Source: Girardia tigrina (lineage: Eukaryota). Taken from it: a stretch of DNA of 64,000 bases. Shown here piece by piece: positions 1-13,600 of the stretch. The DNA lies in assembly GCA_001938485.1 (NCBI GenBank), contig MQRK01190104.1, forward strand, positions 1 through 64,000, read 5' to 3'. A program made the translations under genes and the position numbers. Position 1 is the stretch's first letter. Every line of letters starts with the position of its first letter. The notes below the pieces were generated by a model, which was not told the origin of the DNA, did not search any database, and was given only the letters and a program-made list of their open reading frames with translations.

Positions 1-965
1 TTAAAATACCAAAATATTTTATTTAAGCAATATTTAAATTTATTATTATTTAACAGTATTAATATTATTTAATAATAAATTTATTATTATTTAATAGTGA
101 TTCATTAATTATAAAATTTCTAATAGCAGTTTTTATATATTATATATTTTATTAATTATTTATCGAATTTTAATTTGCAGAATTTCTAACTGGTTTTTAA
201 ATCTAAATTATCTTTTTTTATTACCTCTTTAACAACAAAAATTTCATAAAGTTATTCTTCGAAATAATTTTTTAAAATAAATGCAAAATAATTAAAATTC
301 AATTATTTTTAAAAATAACTCTTTTTTTTAATTAATTAAGATATNNNNNNNNNNNNNNNNNNNNNNNNNNNNNNNNNNNNNNNNNNNNNNNNNNTACCAA
401 AATATTTTATTTAAGTAATATTTAAATTTATTATTATTTAACAGTATTAATATTATTTAATAATAAATTTATTATTATTTAACCACTTCTGTGATTTGCC
501 CGAATCCAGTTCGAGTAGGTATTTTGCTGACACAGTGATTTGCCCGAACTGGATTCGGGCAAATCATACACGAAACTTTTTATAGTGATTTGCCGAAATC
601 CAGCTCGGGTCATTCCCCCACCAACACAAATATGATAAAAAAACATAATAGTGAAAAAAAGGGTGGCTTTTTTTGACCCACTTTTTTCCAAGAGGTTGAC
701 CACAGAAGTGGTTAATAGTGATTCATTAATTATAAAATTTTTAATATTAGTTTTTATATATTATATATTTTATTAATTATTTATCGAATTTTAATTTGCA
801 GAATTTCTAACTGATTTTTAAATCTAAATTATCTTTTTTTTATTACATCTTTGACAACAAAAATTTCATAAAGTTATTCTTCGAAATAATTTTTTAAAAT
901 AAATGCAAAATAATTAAAATTCAATTATTTTTAAAAATAACTCTTTTTTTTAATTAATTAAGATA
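1..965. repeat. Near-identical duplicated AT-rich segment on either side of an N-gap (1-345 vs 395-965)
   Basis: The same ~340 bp occurs twice with few substitutions; only the second copy carries the 483-711 insertion. Confidence 0.85.
483..711. mobile_element. piggyBac-type (TTAA) MITE, 229 bp
   Basis: TTAA TSD (479-482, 712-715), perfect TIR CCACTTCTGTG, internal GTGATTTGCCCGAA repeats; the empty site is visible at 91-94. Confidence 0.9.
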
Positions 966-1060
966 TTTAGTTATAACTGTTTTATAACTTTTGATTTTAA
1001 ATGTTTTTTTTCTTTTTTTAGAGATTATTTACAAAAATTAATTATTCAAAAATTTAAAGA

Positions 1061-1876
1061 ATGAGCCCGTCCTTCACATTCCCCCGGTTATTTGAAATTT
1101 TGGAATTTTTCAACATTCCGTATTATTTGTCTATCATTTGTATCCTTCAGCCTATAACTCCTATCATGAATCTTTTCTATGATTTCATATGGTCCTCAAA
1201 TCTGTCTTCGCCTTTTGTTCTTATTTCCTTCTGTATCCAGACCATATCTCCAACCTTGTATACTCTTTTTGTCTCATTTTCTTCTGGGATGTTCTTTTCT
1301 TTTATTCTTTGTCTTATATCCTTTCTGTCTATTTTGTTTCCCATGTACTACTGTTGTCTGTCTATTTTCTTACCAAACACCACTTCCGCTGGACTGCACC
1401 CTATTGTTTTTTTTGTTTTGTTGCATTTAATGCGAATTCCCCTTCTGGTAATATATCTGCCAAAGTCATAGAATTCCTTTCTTTTAAACTAGCTTGGATG
1501 AATTCTCAAATGGTCCTGAAATGTCTTTCGATTATTCGATTTTTATTGTGGTGGTATGGACTGGAGAAAATTATTTTAACGCCTCTATTCTCCAACATTT
1601 CTCTAACTCTTTTTGCCTCAAAACTCTTATCACAATCAACATGTATCTCCTTTTGTGCACCAAATTTTAATATCCATTTTTGTAATATTGTTTGTACAAT
1701 TGTCTTCGTCGTGTCTCTTGATTGCCGTCAAGCTGATGTACTTGCTAAAGTGGTCTATCATTCCGAGAATGTATCTTTCTCTTCTTACTGTCTCATACCA
1801 CGATCCACATTATCTATATAAACCTTTTCAAATATTTCTGACGCTGTTATTTTAACGTTTTCTTCCTTTGTCTTCG
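1061..1876 (-). mobile_element. Ty3/gypsy integrase 3' fragment with PPT, related to the 15.8-18.9 kb element
   Basis: Minus strand encodes IDHFSK...WILKFGAQKEIHVDCDK...YHHNKNRIIER...FGRKIDRQQ; PPT GGGGGA followed by TGTG near 1080. Confidence 0.85.
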
Positions 1877-1926
1877 NNNNNNNNNNNNNNNNNNNNNNNN
1901 NNNNNNNNNNNNNNNNNNNNNNNNNN

Positions 1927-2290
1927 AAGATGAGTTTTCTGTTCTACAAAAGGGTTTTGATTCACATTACGAACGACAGTTTTGTGAATCTCTACTAATA
2001 AGACACTACAACCCATCAATTAACATTCAGAATGAGCAAAGTAAGATTATTTTAATACTTAAAATTTTTAATTAAAATATTTTTTGCCATTGTTACCCAA
2101 TAATATTTTCATAAATAACAATGTTTAATTTTTTTGTTACCTTTTAAAGTAAATTATATCTCTTAAAATTGTATTAAAATTGTATTATTCAAACAATTCA
2201 ATATTCCTTTACTAAATATCCGAAAATTGCTGATGATGATGTATGTAAACATCGAAACATGTCCAATAATTATATAAAAAAAAGCTTTAA
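1927..2290 (+). mobile_element. Penelope-like element 3' end (GIY-YIG C-terminus plus pLTR)
   Basis: DEFSVLQKGFDSHYERQFCESLLIRHYNPSINIQ, followed by a hammerhead motif. Confidence 0.8.
2226..2267 (+). ncRNA. Minimal type I hammerhead ribozyme
   Basis: ATTG-CTGATGA-T-GATGT/ACATC-GAAA-CATG-TC-CAAT: intact core, stem I ATTG/CAAT, palindromic CATG stem-III loop, GUC cleavage triplet. Confidence 0.85.
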
Positions 2291-3194
2291 TCAAATTATA
2301 TTTTCGATATATATATTACTCTTTTTTTCTTTTAAATTATAAAATTCTTAATTTAACGAAATCGAACATTAAATTATAAATCCAAATATAAAGCTTCATT
2401 GAATTGATTTGGAATTTCAGTAGGAATTAAATTTGAAATTTCCATGATTAAAGGAATAAAGGAAGTAATTTATTTGGTAATATATGATTTCTGAAACTGA
2501 TACATAAGCACCAATAAAACTGGAATTTCTTGCATAACTTTTAAAGAATAACAGGATTTAGGTAGGATATTGTAATCGACTCTCATATCATTCATATCTT
2601 TCTGTTTGGTGTGAATCTTTGTCACAGTAAACGTTTTCAATACCTTTGTTTCCAAAGGGAAATCATCAATTGAATCGACGTCATAAAAAGGAGTGTTTGT
2701 GAATATCTTTGCAGTGTGATTTCGCAGTTCTTTGTATACATTTCGTTCAAATTTCAAAAAATTTAAAATTTCATTTGTGAAATTTGGTCGTTGAATTTTC
2801 TGAATATCGACCAAAAACTTCACACAATTCATTTTATTTTCTTCATTTTCATACTAAAATAAAAAACGATGACTGATCAAGTCCTACAATTAAGAAAACA
2901 AATTTTGATAATTCTTCTGTATTGTCCAAATCAAAGAACTTTTTTATCCAATTTATTATATTCATTATTTTTTTTAATCCAATGAATTTTCGAATTATTT
3001 ATCATTCATGAAAATACTTCTGTTTGATCCTATCTAAAATGGGGTAAAGTGTTCGATCCTCTCAGGGAGTGAAAAAAGTAATAAAAATGAATTGTATTTT
3101 TTGATTTATTTTCTTAGAGAACATTGTCATTTTTTGTGTTTTGATATGTTTCTGTTAAAAATGTAAGTAAAAAAATGTTTGTTTTAATGAATGG

Positions 3195-3290
3195 AATGCA
3201 TAGAAAAAAATTCACTGAATGTTTAGTGAAAGCTAATCTTGTGTACAAATTTAACTGTCACGGGTGTAAAAACTCGTACATTGGATAGTA
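3195..3290 (+). mobile_element. Penelope GIY-YIG remnant
   Basis: KANLVYKFNCHGCKNSYIG. Confidence 0.6.
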
Positions 3291-3468
3291 TATCCACATT
3301 CTCGATCAGTAATTCACAATGGATTTTAATAATATATTTTTTTAATATGAAATTTTAAGATACGAAAAAAATTTCATTGTTAAAACTAAACCTTTTTTTA
3401 ATAGAGAAATTATAATACAAAGAAAAGTTGGATTATTTCTCTGTATATATTTTTGGGATCACTACACC

Positions 3469-3471
<3 letters not shown>

Positions 3472-3519
<48 letters not shown>
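3472..3519. repeat. Compound (TA)n(TG)n microsatellite
   Basis: Seen directly. Confidence 0.95.
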
Positions 3520-4520
3520 TTATATATATTTGATCTGCAAATTTTCTTATTTCATAAAACTCTGTTTCTTATTTACTATTTGACTTGCCTGAACATTTCT
3601 AATATCCGACGTAAAATTCTCAATTTTAGGAACAGACTTCTGTACACACTTCGGCATTTCGACCGACTGCAAACAAGAACCACTCACGCTTTGTCAATAA
3701 AATTGCAGTTAAAGCTCGTAATGATATCAATAATGACCAGATCCTAGGTTTCGATCGACTTGTTGGCCAGGTCTGCTTGAGAACGGGTTATTCGCAATTC
3801 TTAAATCAACCAAGAAAGATTTATTATATTCAACTGCAAGCATTATGAAATAAAATCCGCATTATTTTTGCTTGTTTTTACTTTGAAATAGTAGAGTATA
3901 TACGTTATTATATATTACTTGTTCTGAACTCTGAAAGTAAAACTTCTCAAAAATATTTTCCTTCATCACTGAAATTTATCATATATTCTTCATTAAGAAT
4001 TTAAATATTATAATATTATTTCTTATTTGAAATATAATTTCTGTCAATTGAATACTGACATCAAACCTGTCCATCATACCTGCCTGATCAACCTCTCCAA
4101 TGATAAATTGCACATATTGCTTCATTTATTGCTAGTCAATCATTTCAAATAACAACTCAAACTCTAAATAATTTTATTTACACGAATAAATTTCTGTTTT
4201 ATTATTGAAAACAAAATGATAAATAATAAAAAACCACATCTAAAAATCGGTAACACTTGTCTATTTCAAAGAACGTGCAACAATAAATTTTATTTAAAAA
4301 TTATATCTCAACAAAACAATAATAAATCTTCTTCAACAGATTACTGTAAAACAATAGCGGAGTCTGTGAGTCAATTTATAAATATTTACAGACAATAAGG
4401 CTCATTAAATTTTTATAAAATATAAATAATTTAAAAATATTTCAATATAAATATTCTTTGAAGTTTCCACTTTAATTGATAACATTCTCTTTTGATATGT
4501 CGGTGTCTGAGATTTATTTA

Positions 4521-4646
4521 TTATTTTTTTGCACTCTTAACTTCTAGAAGAGATGGTTGCTTGTCCATAACTTTAACTATTATCTTCTCAATATAATCTC
4601 GAAGTCTGAAGTTTGAATCTTTTGTTTTGGCCAATGTATCCATGAG
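4521..4646 (-). CDS. RAB11FIP4: Rab11-FIP3/4 terminal exon 13 (Rab11-binding domain)
   Basis: LMDTLAKTKDSNFRLRDYIEKIIVKVMDKQPSLLEVKSAKK*, matching the FIP-RBD pattern (RLxDYIxxIIVxxMxxxPSxLEVK). Confidence 0.93.
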   Translation of the reverse strand, partial: LMDTLAKTKDSNFRLRDYIEKIIVKVMDKQPSLLEVKSAKK

Positions 4647-7600
4647 CTGCAATTAAGGAGAAATATTCACTAGAAATTCTTATTACAGTGCTTTGATCAA
4701 ATGCAATTTACTATAAATAAAAAACCCTTTATTCAAAATAAGAATATGGTTCGTATATATTTTTCTTACAATTCGATCATGAGAACTTTTTCAAAATTGT
4801 TTTTAGTTAAAAGTAAAAATTCTTTTAAATCATTTTTCGGTTCCTAATCGATTTTACAAAAGTAAAAGTATTTTGTATCAAACACAGAATATTTGTTAAG
4901 ATTCTGATTGGATAGACATAACTTAAAACACTTGATCCGTCCGCAATATTAGGAAAATGTTATTTCAATACATTTTCCTAAAATTATAGCTTGAAATTTT
5001 TTTTCATTTCTGGCACGGTCTGGAATCATCAAATGTTTCCAAACAGAAAATACGTTTTCTATTTGATTCAAGTAAGAGTATAATGGTAGGTATTTAATTT
5101 ATTATGCCTTGAAACTTCCTTTTCATCTGCAAGTGAAGTATAGCATTGTCCATTACGAAAATCGAAGACGTTATTCCTATATCTAAATAAAATACTTAAC
5201 CTTAATTCGCCATAGAGAAGATTTGAAATTTTCCCCATTGGCAGCCTTTTTGTGTATCTTATGATACATGACTCCATATTTAATCAATGGCTGTGATTAC
5301 AGAAATAATTCTACTTCTCGTAGCTGGTACTGAAATATAGGATAAAGCATCCGATATACTTCGACCTCTAGTAGGTTGAGTGCCGGTTATAAATTTTTTT
5401 CATCAATAAAAAAAGTTTTTACGATCGTCGTCTGTTTCAAGACCACGAAATGCGTGAACGTATTCTTCTCTAGAATCAATATACATTTCATAATTTCTTG
5501 TTTGGGGCACGAGTTTCACTTGTTTCAAAAATTATTAGAACTCAGGAAAGTGTATATCTACATTACTTGTAGAAACCCGAATGCCAAACGTGGCTAAACC
5601 CAAGAAATGTGATATTTTAATTTCCCTACAAGATCCTGGTTGACATATTACAATAACGATTCTTAAATTTCTAAACGTATTTTAGAACGATGGTCAGATA
5701 TTTAGATATGGTCTGTCATATTTTTGGACAGAAATATGATTTTTTGTAGTTCTCTCTTACTTGGTTTTGTCATTTTTTCTATATGAAAAATAAAAGAGTT
5801 GCAAGATTTGTTTGACAACAATTATTTAAATTTAACCACTTACCGTATAGTGCATCATATATGATCGAAAATAATTATTTATAATTTTATTACCACAACT
5901 GCATAACTTGCAATACATGACACCAAACTGTTTTTTTGGATATTCTACTTAAAAAATCATTTTAAAATAATAAAAAATATGCATCTCTTTATTTCTCTTT
6001 CCCTATATTATATTTTTTTATTAAAATAAAAAAAAGAATGCAGTAAGGGGTTAACAATTATTACAATTATTTTCATTGATTTTGTGATTATTTAATTATT
6101 TATTTTATCCGTTACCACACTTATTAAGTAGATCGTAAAACCGTGTATTAACCCTTAGTAGCCTGATTTACGAAAGTGATTTATTTTTAATATTACTGTG
6201 TTTGCTTGAGGGTCTAGATGAATGGAAAAATAGCTAAAAAATCACAATATTTATTTTACATATTTATTTAGAAAAAAAACAGGTATCAATTTTGATACTT
6301 CAGACATTAACGCCATAAAGAACGTTTAAAAGATTGGTATCAAAATTGAAACTCTAGGTTATTAAGGGTTAATTACTACTCATTTCGTTATTTTAAGTTT
6401 AAAAATCAAAGAAAGTACAATGACGTTCAATTGAAAAAAATTCTTTGCAACTTTTAAGTGTTTTTTATTGATTTTATATTATTTTTTATTTATTCATTTA
6501 AAAATTTATAATAAATTATTCAAACTATTTAAAGTGATTTTAAAATAAATTTAAATATTAAACTTACACTTAAATTAATTTTCGATAATAAGAGTTAAAA
6601 TATAAATCAGTCGTCTGAGTATGAGAGACAATCCCATATCAAAACACAATGTTCAAACATTCAAGTATTTTCCGCAGCAATGCCGAGTAGCTCCACGGTT
6701 AATTTATATTTACTAAAGGTATGAGAAATTTAGAGTATTTTTATATATTCCAGATTTATTATTTTCTTAATTTTTATTTACTTTTTATTATTATTTTATT
6801 ATTTATTAACAAAGATTTAAACATAAAGTTTTACTTCATCTTTGCTACAATGATCAAGCTCCTTAAAAAGAATATTTGAAGCGTTTAAGAGATCAATTTT
6901 TTCTTTTGCTGATCTTTCCTGAAACTCCGTATTGGCATTAACCAATTGATCAAGCAACTGCTTATTTTCTTCTTTTAACTTTAAGAGAAGTTCTTCCAAT
7001 TCTTTGTGCCTTTGGCTGAGTTTGTTCATTGTTTGAATGCGCAATTGCGGTTCCCCTTCTGATCCTTCATACTGGTCATTTAATTCAATCAATATCTAAA
7101 ATACCAAAGCTACGTTAATAATCTTGTTTTCATTAAAGATTTTCTTTCAATTATATTTATTATCATTTTATTAATATAAAAAAAATCATATGCAACAATG
7201 CCACTTTCGTAAAGGTATGATAAATGATGATACCCATCATCTAGCAATAAATAGTTGTTTTTTAGGCAATCCTCAACTGTAATAATGGAAAAGGTATCTT
7301 TTTTAATTTTATATGTAAAAGTTTGTGTTAGTGAGAACAAAATAGTTTTTTTTTACTTTCAAGAAAATGTCTGACCATCGACCTAGTAAAACTGTGGATA
7401 TGCCTGTTGAAACTTTAGGAGAACTTACTCGATTGAATTAAATAGCAATAAATTGTTTTTAACACGAAAGATAAAGAAATTTCAGACAAGATAAGAATAC
7501 AGTATATTCTTTTTTTATGCGGTAGATACGTTCCGCAAGAACCGCATAAAAAGAGTACTAATTACGTTCCAAAATTTCTAAGAACCGCATCAATATAATA

Positions 7601-10600
7601 TAATACAATAAAATCACATAAAAGGGTACTAATTCCAGATTAAAACTTTATTAACGTTTTATAGACCACATAAATCTAAAATAATTTAATAAATCTGGAA
7701 AAAAACGTTAATTTTGAAAATTATATCTTTATTTACGAAACGTCAGAATTGGAAGTTATATTTGCATCGCCAGATAATACTTGCATATTGCTCATTTGTT
7801 TAGGATTTTGGTATGCAATCACTTCTGTCCCTTGAAGTGATATGTACAAGTCTGATCTATATTGTGATGGAAGTAGTTCTATATTTGCATGGTTAGCAAA
7901 TCCACCGATTTCATGACCTAAAGATATAACTTCTGAAGTTGATATTTCTTCTGGTAGGCTTTTCCCTTTACTGCATTCTGGTCAAATCATTTTCCAGCAA
8001 ACATTTAAAGTTTGTGATTTTATAGCTTTAACAGCAAAACCAGCATGATTTATGCAATCCAAAATCGAAAATGTTTTCGAAACATCGATAACTGACATCT
8101 CTTTATTCTCTATCTTGTCCAAAATCTGCTGAAATGTGAACTTTAAATAATGTTTTTTTTTAAATTGCAGATTATACCCTGATCCAATGGTTGCAAAACG
8201 CTGGTTGTATTTGGTGGAAGAAAGACTATCGCGACATTGGGATGTTCAATATGCGGATGACCTGACGTGTTATCGAAAAGCAAAAACACTTTGAACTCGA
8301 GACCTTTATCTAGCAAATATTTGTTAACTTCTGGAATAAATTAAACCATTTTATGAAAATTGCAGTAGTTACCCACGCTTCCTTGTTGCCCATCCAAAGA
8401 ACTGGAAGCTTTCTCATATCTTTACCCTTCAGTGATCGCGGGTTTAGTGATTGATATACAACAAGAGGTTTTAATATCCGATCTCCGGACGCATTTTTGC
8501 AAAATAAAAATGTGATTCTATCTTTTGCTGTTTTAAAACAGTTTGCAGTTTTGTCGGCTTTAGCAATATAGGTACGATTTGGCATCCTTTTCCAAAATAA
8601 TCTACTCTAGCATTTTCGAATTTCTTTTGTTAACTATTTCGATTTTAATAGTTGCGAAGGTTGATTCAGAAGTCGTTAAATATATAACCTGTACACGCTT
8701 GTATACACTTAATGAGTTGAATATTTGAACCAAATGGTTCAAACAACAACTTTCTCGCAACACATCGATGAAATTGAGGACCGATGTATTTTACAGTTGA
8801 AGTCAGTCGTTCTGTTTAAAACGTCAAGAAATGACGGCCATGCTACTGAAATATGACAAAAATAATCCAGAATTTCTAAAGACAATAATCAGTTTGCAAG
8901 ATTTTATGGATTTGCAAGTTTCCCTTCTAGGGGTTACATAGACTATTAAAGTTGACATTGACCATTTTATGTAGAGCGTAATTTGGTTTTCTTGTACTTT
9001 ATCTTAAATCGACATTTGGAATTACCGTTTAGAAATTTTTACTATTTAGTAAAATTGTATTTTATACCAATTTGAAAGTAACTGTAGTTACACGGAGCCA
9101 AATCTGGTGAAAAGTGTGTGTGAGGTATATTTTAAATTTAGTATGTTGAATTTTGTATATTGAGTTTAGTATTTGGAAATGTGTTTCTTCTACCAAGATA
9201 AAAAATTGGTATTTGAATATCCGCGTTGAATAGTTATTAGAGCATAGTTTGCATTTTAAATCACAACATAAGATATTTAAAAACTTAAAATGTTAAATCT
9301 TTTAAAATTTTAATATTAAAAAATTTAATAAAATAAATAATTTTTCACTTGTTTTTAAATTGATTAAATAAATGTTTTTCTTTAAATAAAATGATTTTAA
9401 AATTAAATGAATTTTTAGATCAAATTATTAACGAAATTATAAAAGAAGAATTTTTAAAATAAAATCTGAAAATAATTGAAAATTTGTTTGAATAATTGTT
9501 TATTAACAAGTCATCGACAAAAATTTATCAATTTAGCAATATATCAAATTATGAATGCTTGGCTGAGAATTGTTCCAAAGATAATTCAAACTGTGATGAA
9601 GATAAATGTGTTAAAACTCATATTGATGTTATTAATAGGGTGTGTTAGATACTATTTTCAGTGAAGTATCAAGTTAAGTATAATTTGATAGAATTACAGT
9701 AGGTATTTAGTAGGTATTATAAATAAAAATAAATAATAAGTAAATTACAAAAAATACTAAAAGAAATAAATATATTAATAACCGAATCTAACAACAGCAA
9801 TAAGATAAAAACTTCTATATACTTCCTAATAATTTTTAAACGTTTGAGATCTTTTTTACCAGATAATGACCACAATTCAGCTGGAGATATGAACAATACA
9901 AATAGTTAATAACGATTAATGACCAGCCTTAGTTAATTCGTAAAAATGTAAAAATAAATAGTTGTATTGATTTCGGGATTGGAAAAATTTACCGGAGAGG
10001 TAATTTGTATAAGAAAATCTCGATTAAATTGTATGAAATGATAACTATAACTATAACAACAGGCTCTTGAAATTTTATTGATTCAGGTTTTTTTAATTCT
10101 TCTTGTTGCTTGGTTTCCAACTTTGCGAGTTTTCGTTTCTTTTTATTTTCTTGTATTGTTCATATTCCCAATTGAATTGTGTTCATTATTTAGTAAAAAG
10201 ATCTCAAACGTTTAAAAATTATTAGGAAGTATATAGAAGTTTTTAATTTAAGAAGTAAATTCAATAATTTATTAGGTAAATCCAAAAAAGAATCAAATGG
10301 ATGATGAAAATATAATACAAAAGTCAATATTAATATTATGTTTAATATTCTACTTGATCATCTTATCTTATAAAAGCCCAAGTCACTCACTGCCTCACTA
10401 ACGCTGTAAGGTAAATTTTTGAAATGATTTTATAATCAATAAAGAAATGATTGTATATTAATAAATAAATATTAGNNNNNNNNNNNNNNNNNNNNNNNNN
10501 NNNNNNNNNNNNNNNNNNNNNNNNNNNNNNNNNNNNNNNNNNNNNNNNNNNNNNNNNNNNNNNNNNNNNNNNNNNNNNNNNNNNNNNNNNNNNNNNNNNN

Positions 10601-13600
10601 NNNNNNACTCGAAACACTGAAATTTTCAATAAAAATGCTTTCAGAAAAAAGTCGCGTGATCTAATAACATTGAACCCCCGGCAAGAGAGGGCCGCGAAGC
10701 GGGCCGAGCGCGCTAGTTGTAAAATGATAAGATTAATTTTAATACAATAAATAATTAATGGACCTTTTGTTTTAATAATACAGAATTGTAATTACTGTTT
10801 GGCGCGGAATTATGAGGATAATGAACACTTGTGAAATCAAGGGGGAAATACTTTCTTTTGAGAAATTTTCGATTAAATCAGATTGATATATTATAAGATA
10901 ATGAATTTTTTCTTTATTTTTTTAAACTATCAATGAAATTTAAATGGTTATTTTCTGATCCAATGATGTCCGAATGACCGAACTGGTACTCAAAAGTGAA
11001 TGTATTAAATGTTTTCCAGAATGGCGGCGTAATGAAATGTCTTCTGGTAACAAAAATGAAAAGAACGAAAATATTGATATTGAAATATGTTAATTTAAAG
11101 TAAATAAATATATGGTTTGAAACGTACAATAGATCTGATTGGATAAAATCAGATAACTAAAGGGTGTATGAAGTATTATTATCGTTCTATTTAAAGGAGA
11201 AAATTCACACCAAGAGAAGCGCTCTTCTAGTTGTTTACGTCTGAATTTATAGTTTTTACTTTTATTTATTTTATAATATAAACCTCCTCCTAACTGTGAT
11301 GGATAACTGTATATACAATGAAAACTACGATACTCAGCATTGGCTCACAAGGTAGTGAATGTAAGACTCTGCATCAAATGGAAACCTAAAAATATACAAG
11401 AACTTCTAATCCTCTCACATGGCTTTAGACTATATTTAATCTTTTCAAACAAAAACTACTTTCATTCATGAAAAATAATTTTCAACATTAATTATATATT
11501 TTTTAACGAAAACATTTAATTCGAATTCCTTTCGATACTCACTTTTCTTTCAATTTTGTTACCCTTTATCGTTACTGTCACAGTGTATTTTAAAGTCCAA
11601 TATATTCCTTTTTCTTTAACGAGTTTGGGATTAACAACTGTATACTGATAACTATTATTCTTTTTAGGATCCATGAATATTTTTACTCTTCCATCAGCTG
11701 ATTCAAGTGAATTCTTTTTCCGCTTTTCATTTGAATCATCATTCCCATAAAGAATACTTTCAATAACATCGGATATCTTATCCAAATCTTTATTCGTATA
11801 TTTGACTCTTTCTTTCTGAGCATCTTTCACAAGAAGTTTTATCAACTTCTTCAATGCTTCCGGATTTTCTTCAGGTGCTTCAGACGAATCTGATCTTACA
11901 GATTGAGTAACCTCTTCTTCAGACATTGATTCTCTTGCTTCATTTTTTTCTTTAGACGGTTTGGAAGAAAAGGTTTTCTTTATGAAGGATTTGATTTTAC
12001 TGTATGGGTTTGATTTTTTCTTTTTGGTTTCTATAATTTCATCATCTACGTCTTCGTCTCTTGAATATTCTTGTTCCGATTGTTCACCTTGTTCTGAAGT
12101 CGAATCAATATTATTTTGATAATCTATACTTAAGGAACTTTTATTCTTCGATAATAACTTTTGATTATATTTTTTCGATAAACTTTCATTGGATGGCTTT
12201 ACTTCTTTTCTTTTAGGAACAGAACGTTTTGAATCCCTCAAAGGATCCGTAGAATGCTCACAACGTTCTGAAGCCGAATCAGTATTATTTTGATAATCTA
12301 TACTTAAGGAACTTTTATTCTTCGATAATAACTTTTGATTATATTTTTTCGATAAACTTTCATTGGATGGCTTTTCTTGTTTTCTTTTAGGAACAGAAGG
12401 TTTTGAATCCCTCAAAGGATCCGTAGAATGCTCACAACGTTCTGAAGCCGAATCAGTATTATTTTGATAATCTATACTTAAGGAACTTTTATTCTTCGAT
12501 AATAACTTTTGATTATAGTCTTTCAATAAACTTTCATCGGATGGCTTTACTGGTTTTCTTTTAGGAACAGACGGTTTTGAATCCCTCAAAGGATCCGTAG
12601 AATGTTCACAACGTTCTGAAGCCGAATCAGTATTATTTGTATCATTTAAACTTAAGGAACTTTTATTCTTCGATAATAAATTTTGATTGTATTTTTTTGA
12701 TAAACATTCAACGGATGGCTGTACATTTTTTCTTTTAGGAACAAGTGGCTTTGAGTCATTCAAAGGATCCATAGATAAATTTTGTGATAAGTTATATTTT
12801 TCTGATTCTTTAAAATCATTTTTGGTATTTTCATTTATTAGTCTTACGATTTCCTTTTCTATCACATGTTTACTTTCCTTTAGATCTTCTATTAATTTCG
12901 TTTTATCTGTTAATTCCTCAATCAGCCCAGCTCTTGTGTTCATTAATTCTTGTAAATGTCTTCGGGGAACTGCATTCATCTCAATGGAATTATTTATTGA
13001 ATCACATAAGTTTTTTAGATCTTTAGCTGTTTCTTCTACTTTGGATATTTCACAAATTTTTTCCACGAGCGATTCTTTTAACATATTTAAGCGATTCTTG
13101 GTTTTATCACTTTCGATTAGCAAATAGGAATTTTCATTCAATTTATTAACATTATTTGATGATCCATAAATGTTTGAGTTTTTATTGCAACTCACAGTAC
13201 TATGTGATTTAATAAAATTATTAACACTGGATTCATTCTTCTTATTGCTTTTATTAAAATCTTCTTGTTTGTTCAAACTTTTTTCATTTTCTGCTTTTGT
13301 TTTGATTCGTGATACTTTCTTGCTACAATCATAGCTTTGGTTTTTATTCGAAACTTCAAGAACACTGTTCGTTCTAGGTAGCATACCCCTGTGACTTTTG
13401 TAAGAAGGCTTCTCACTTTTTAGATCTTTACTTAACTTTTCCGGAATATTTACATTGTTCTTTTCCGATGTCGAATCTAAATCAAACGAATTAGAGACAC
13501 TGTATCTGTTTAAAGGTATGGATTCAAATGTCCTTTTATCAGTTGATTTTTTCAATTTATCGTTACTCATTTTAATGAGATCATTACTACTTGCATTTTG

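Noticed and set aside
1061-1855. Long plus-strand ORFs (also 16352-16954, 12687-13127, 25894-26205)
   Set aside because: Antisense shadows of minus-strand integrase, orphan or transposase frames.
2470-2965. 120-aa ORF as a gene
   Set aside because: Frameshifted and stop-broken upstream, no recognisable motif; at best a decayed orphan.
12075-12770. CRISPR-like array
   Set aside because: Contiguous in-frame 174-bp coding repeats with no unique spacers, in a eukaryotic context.
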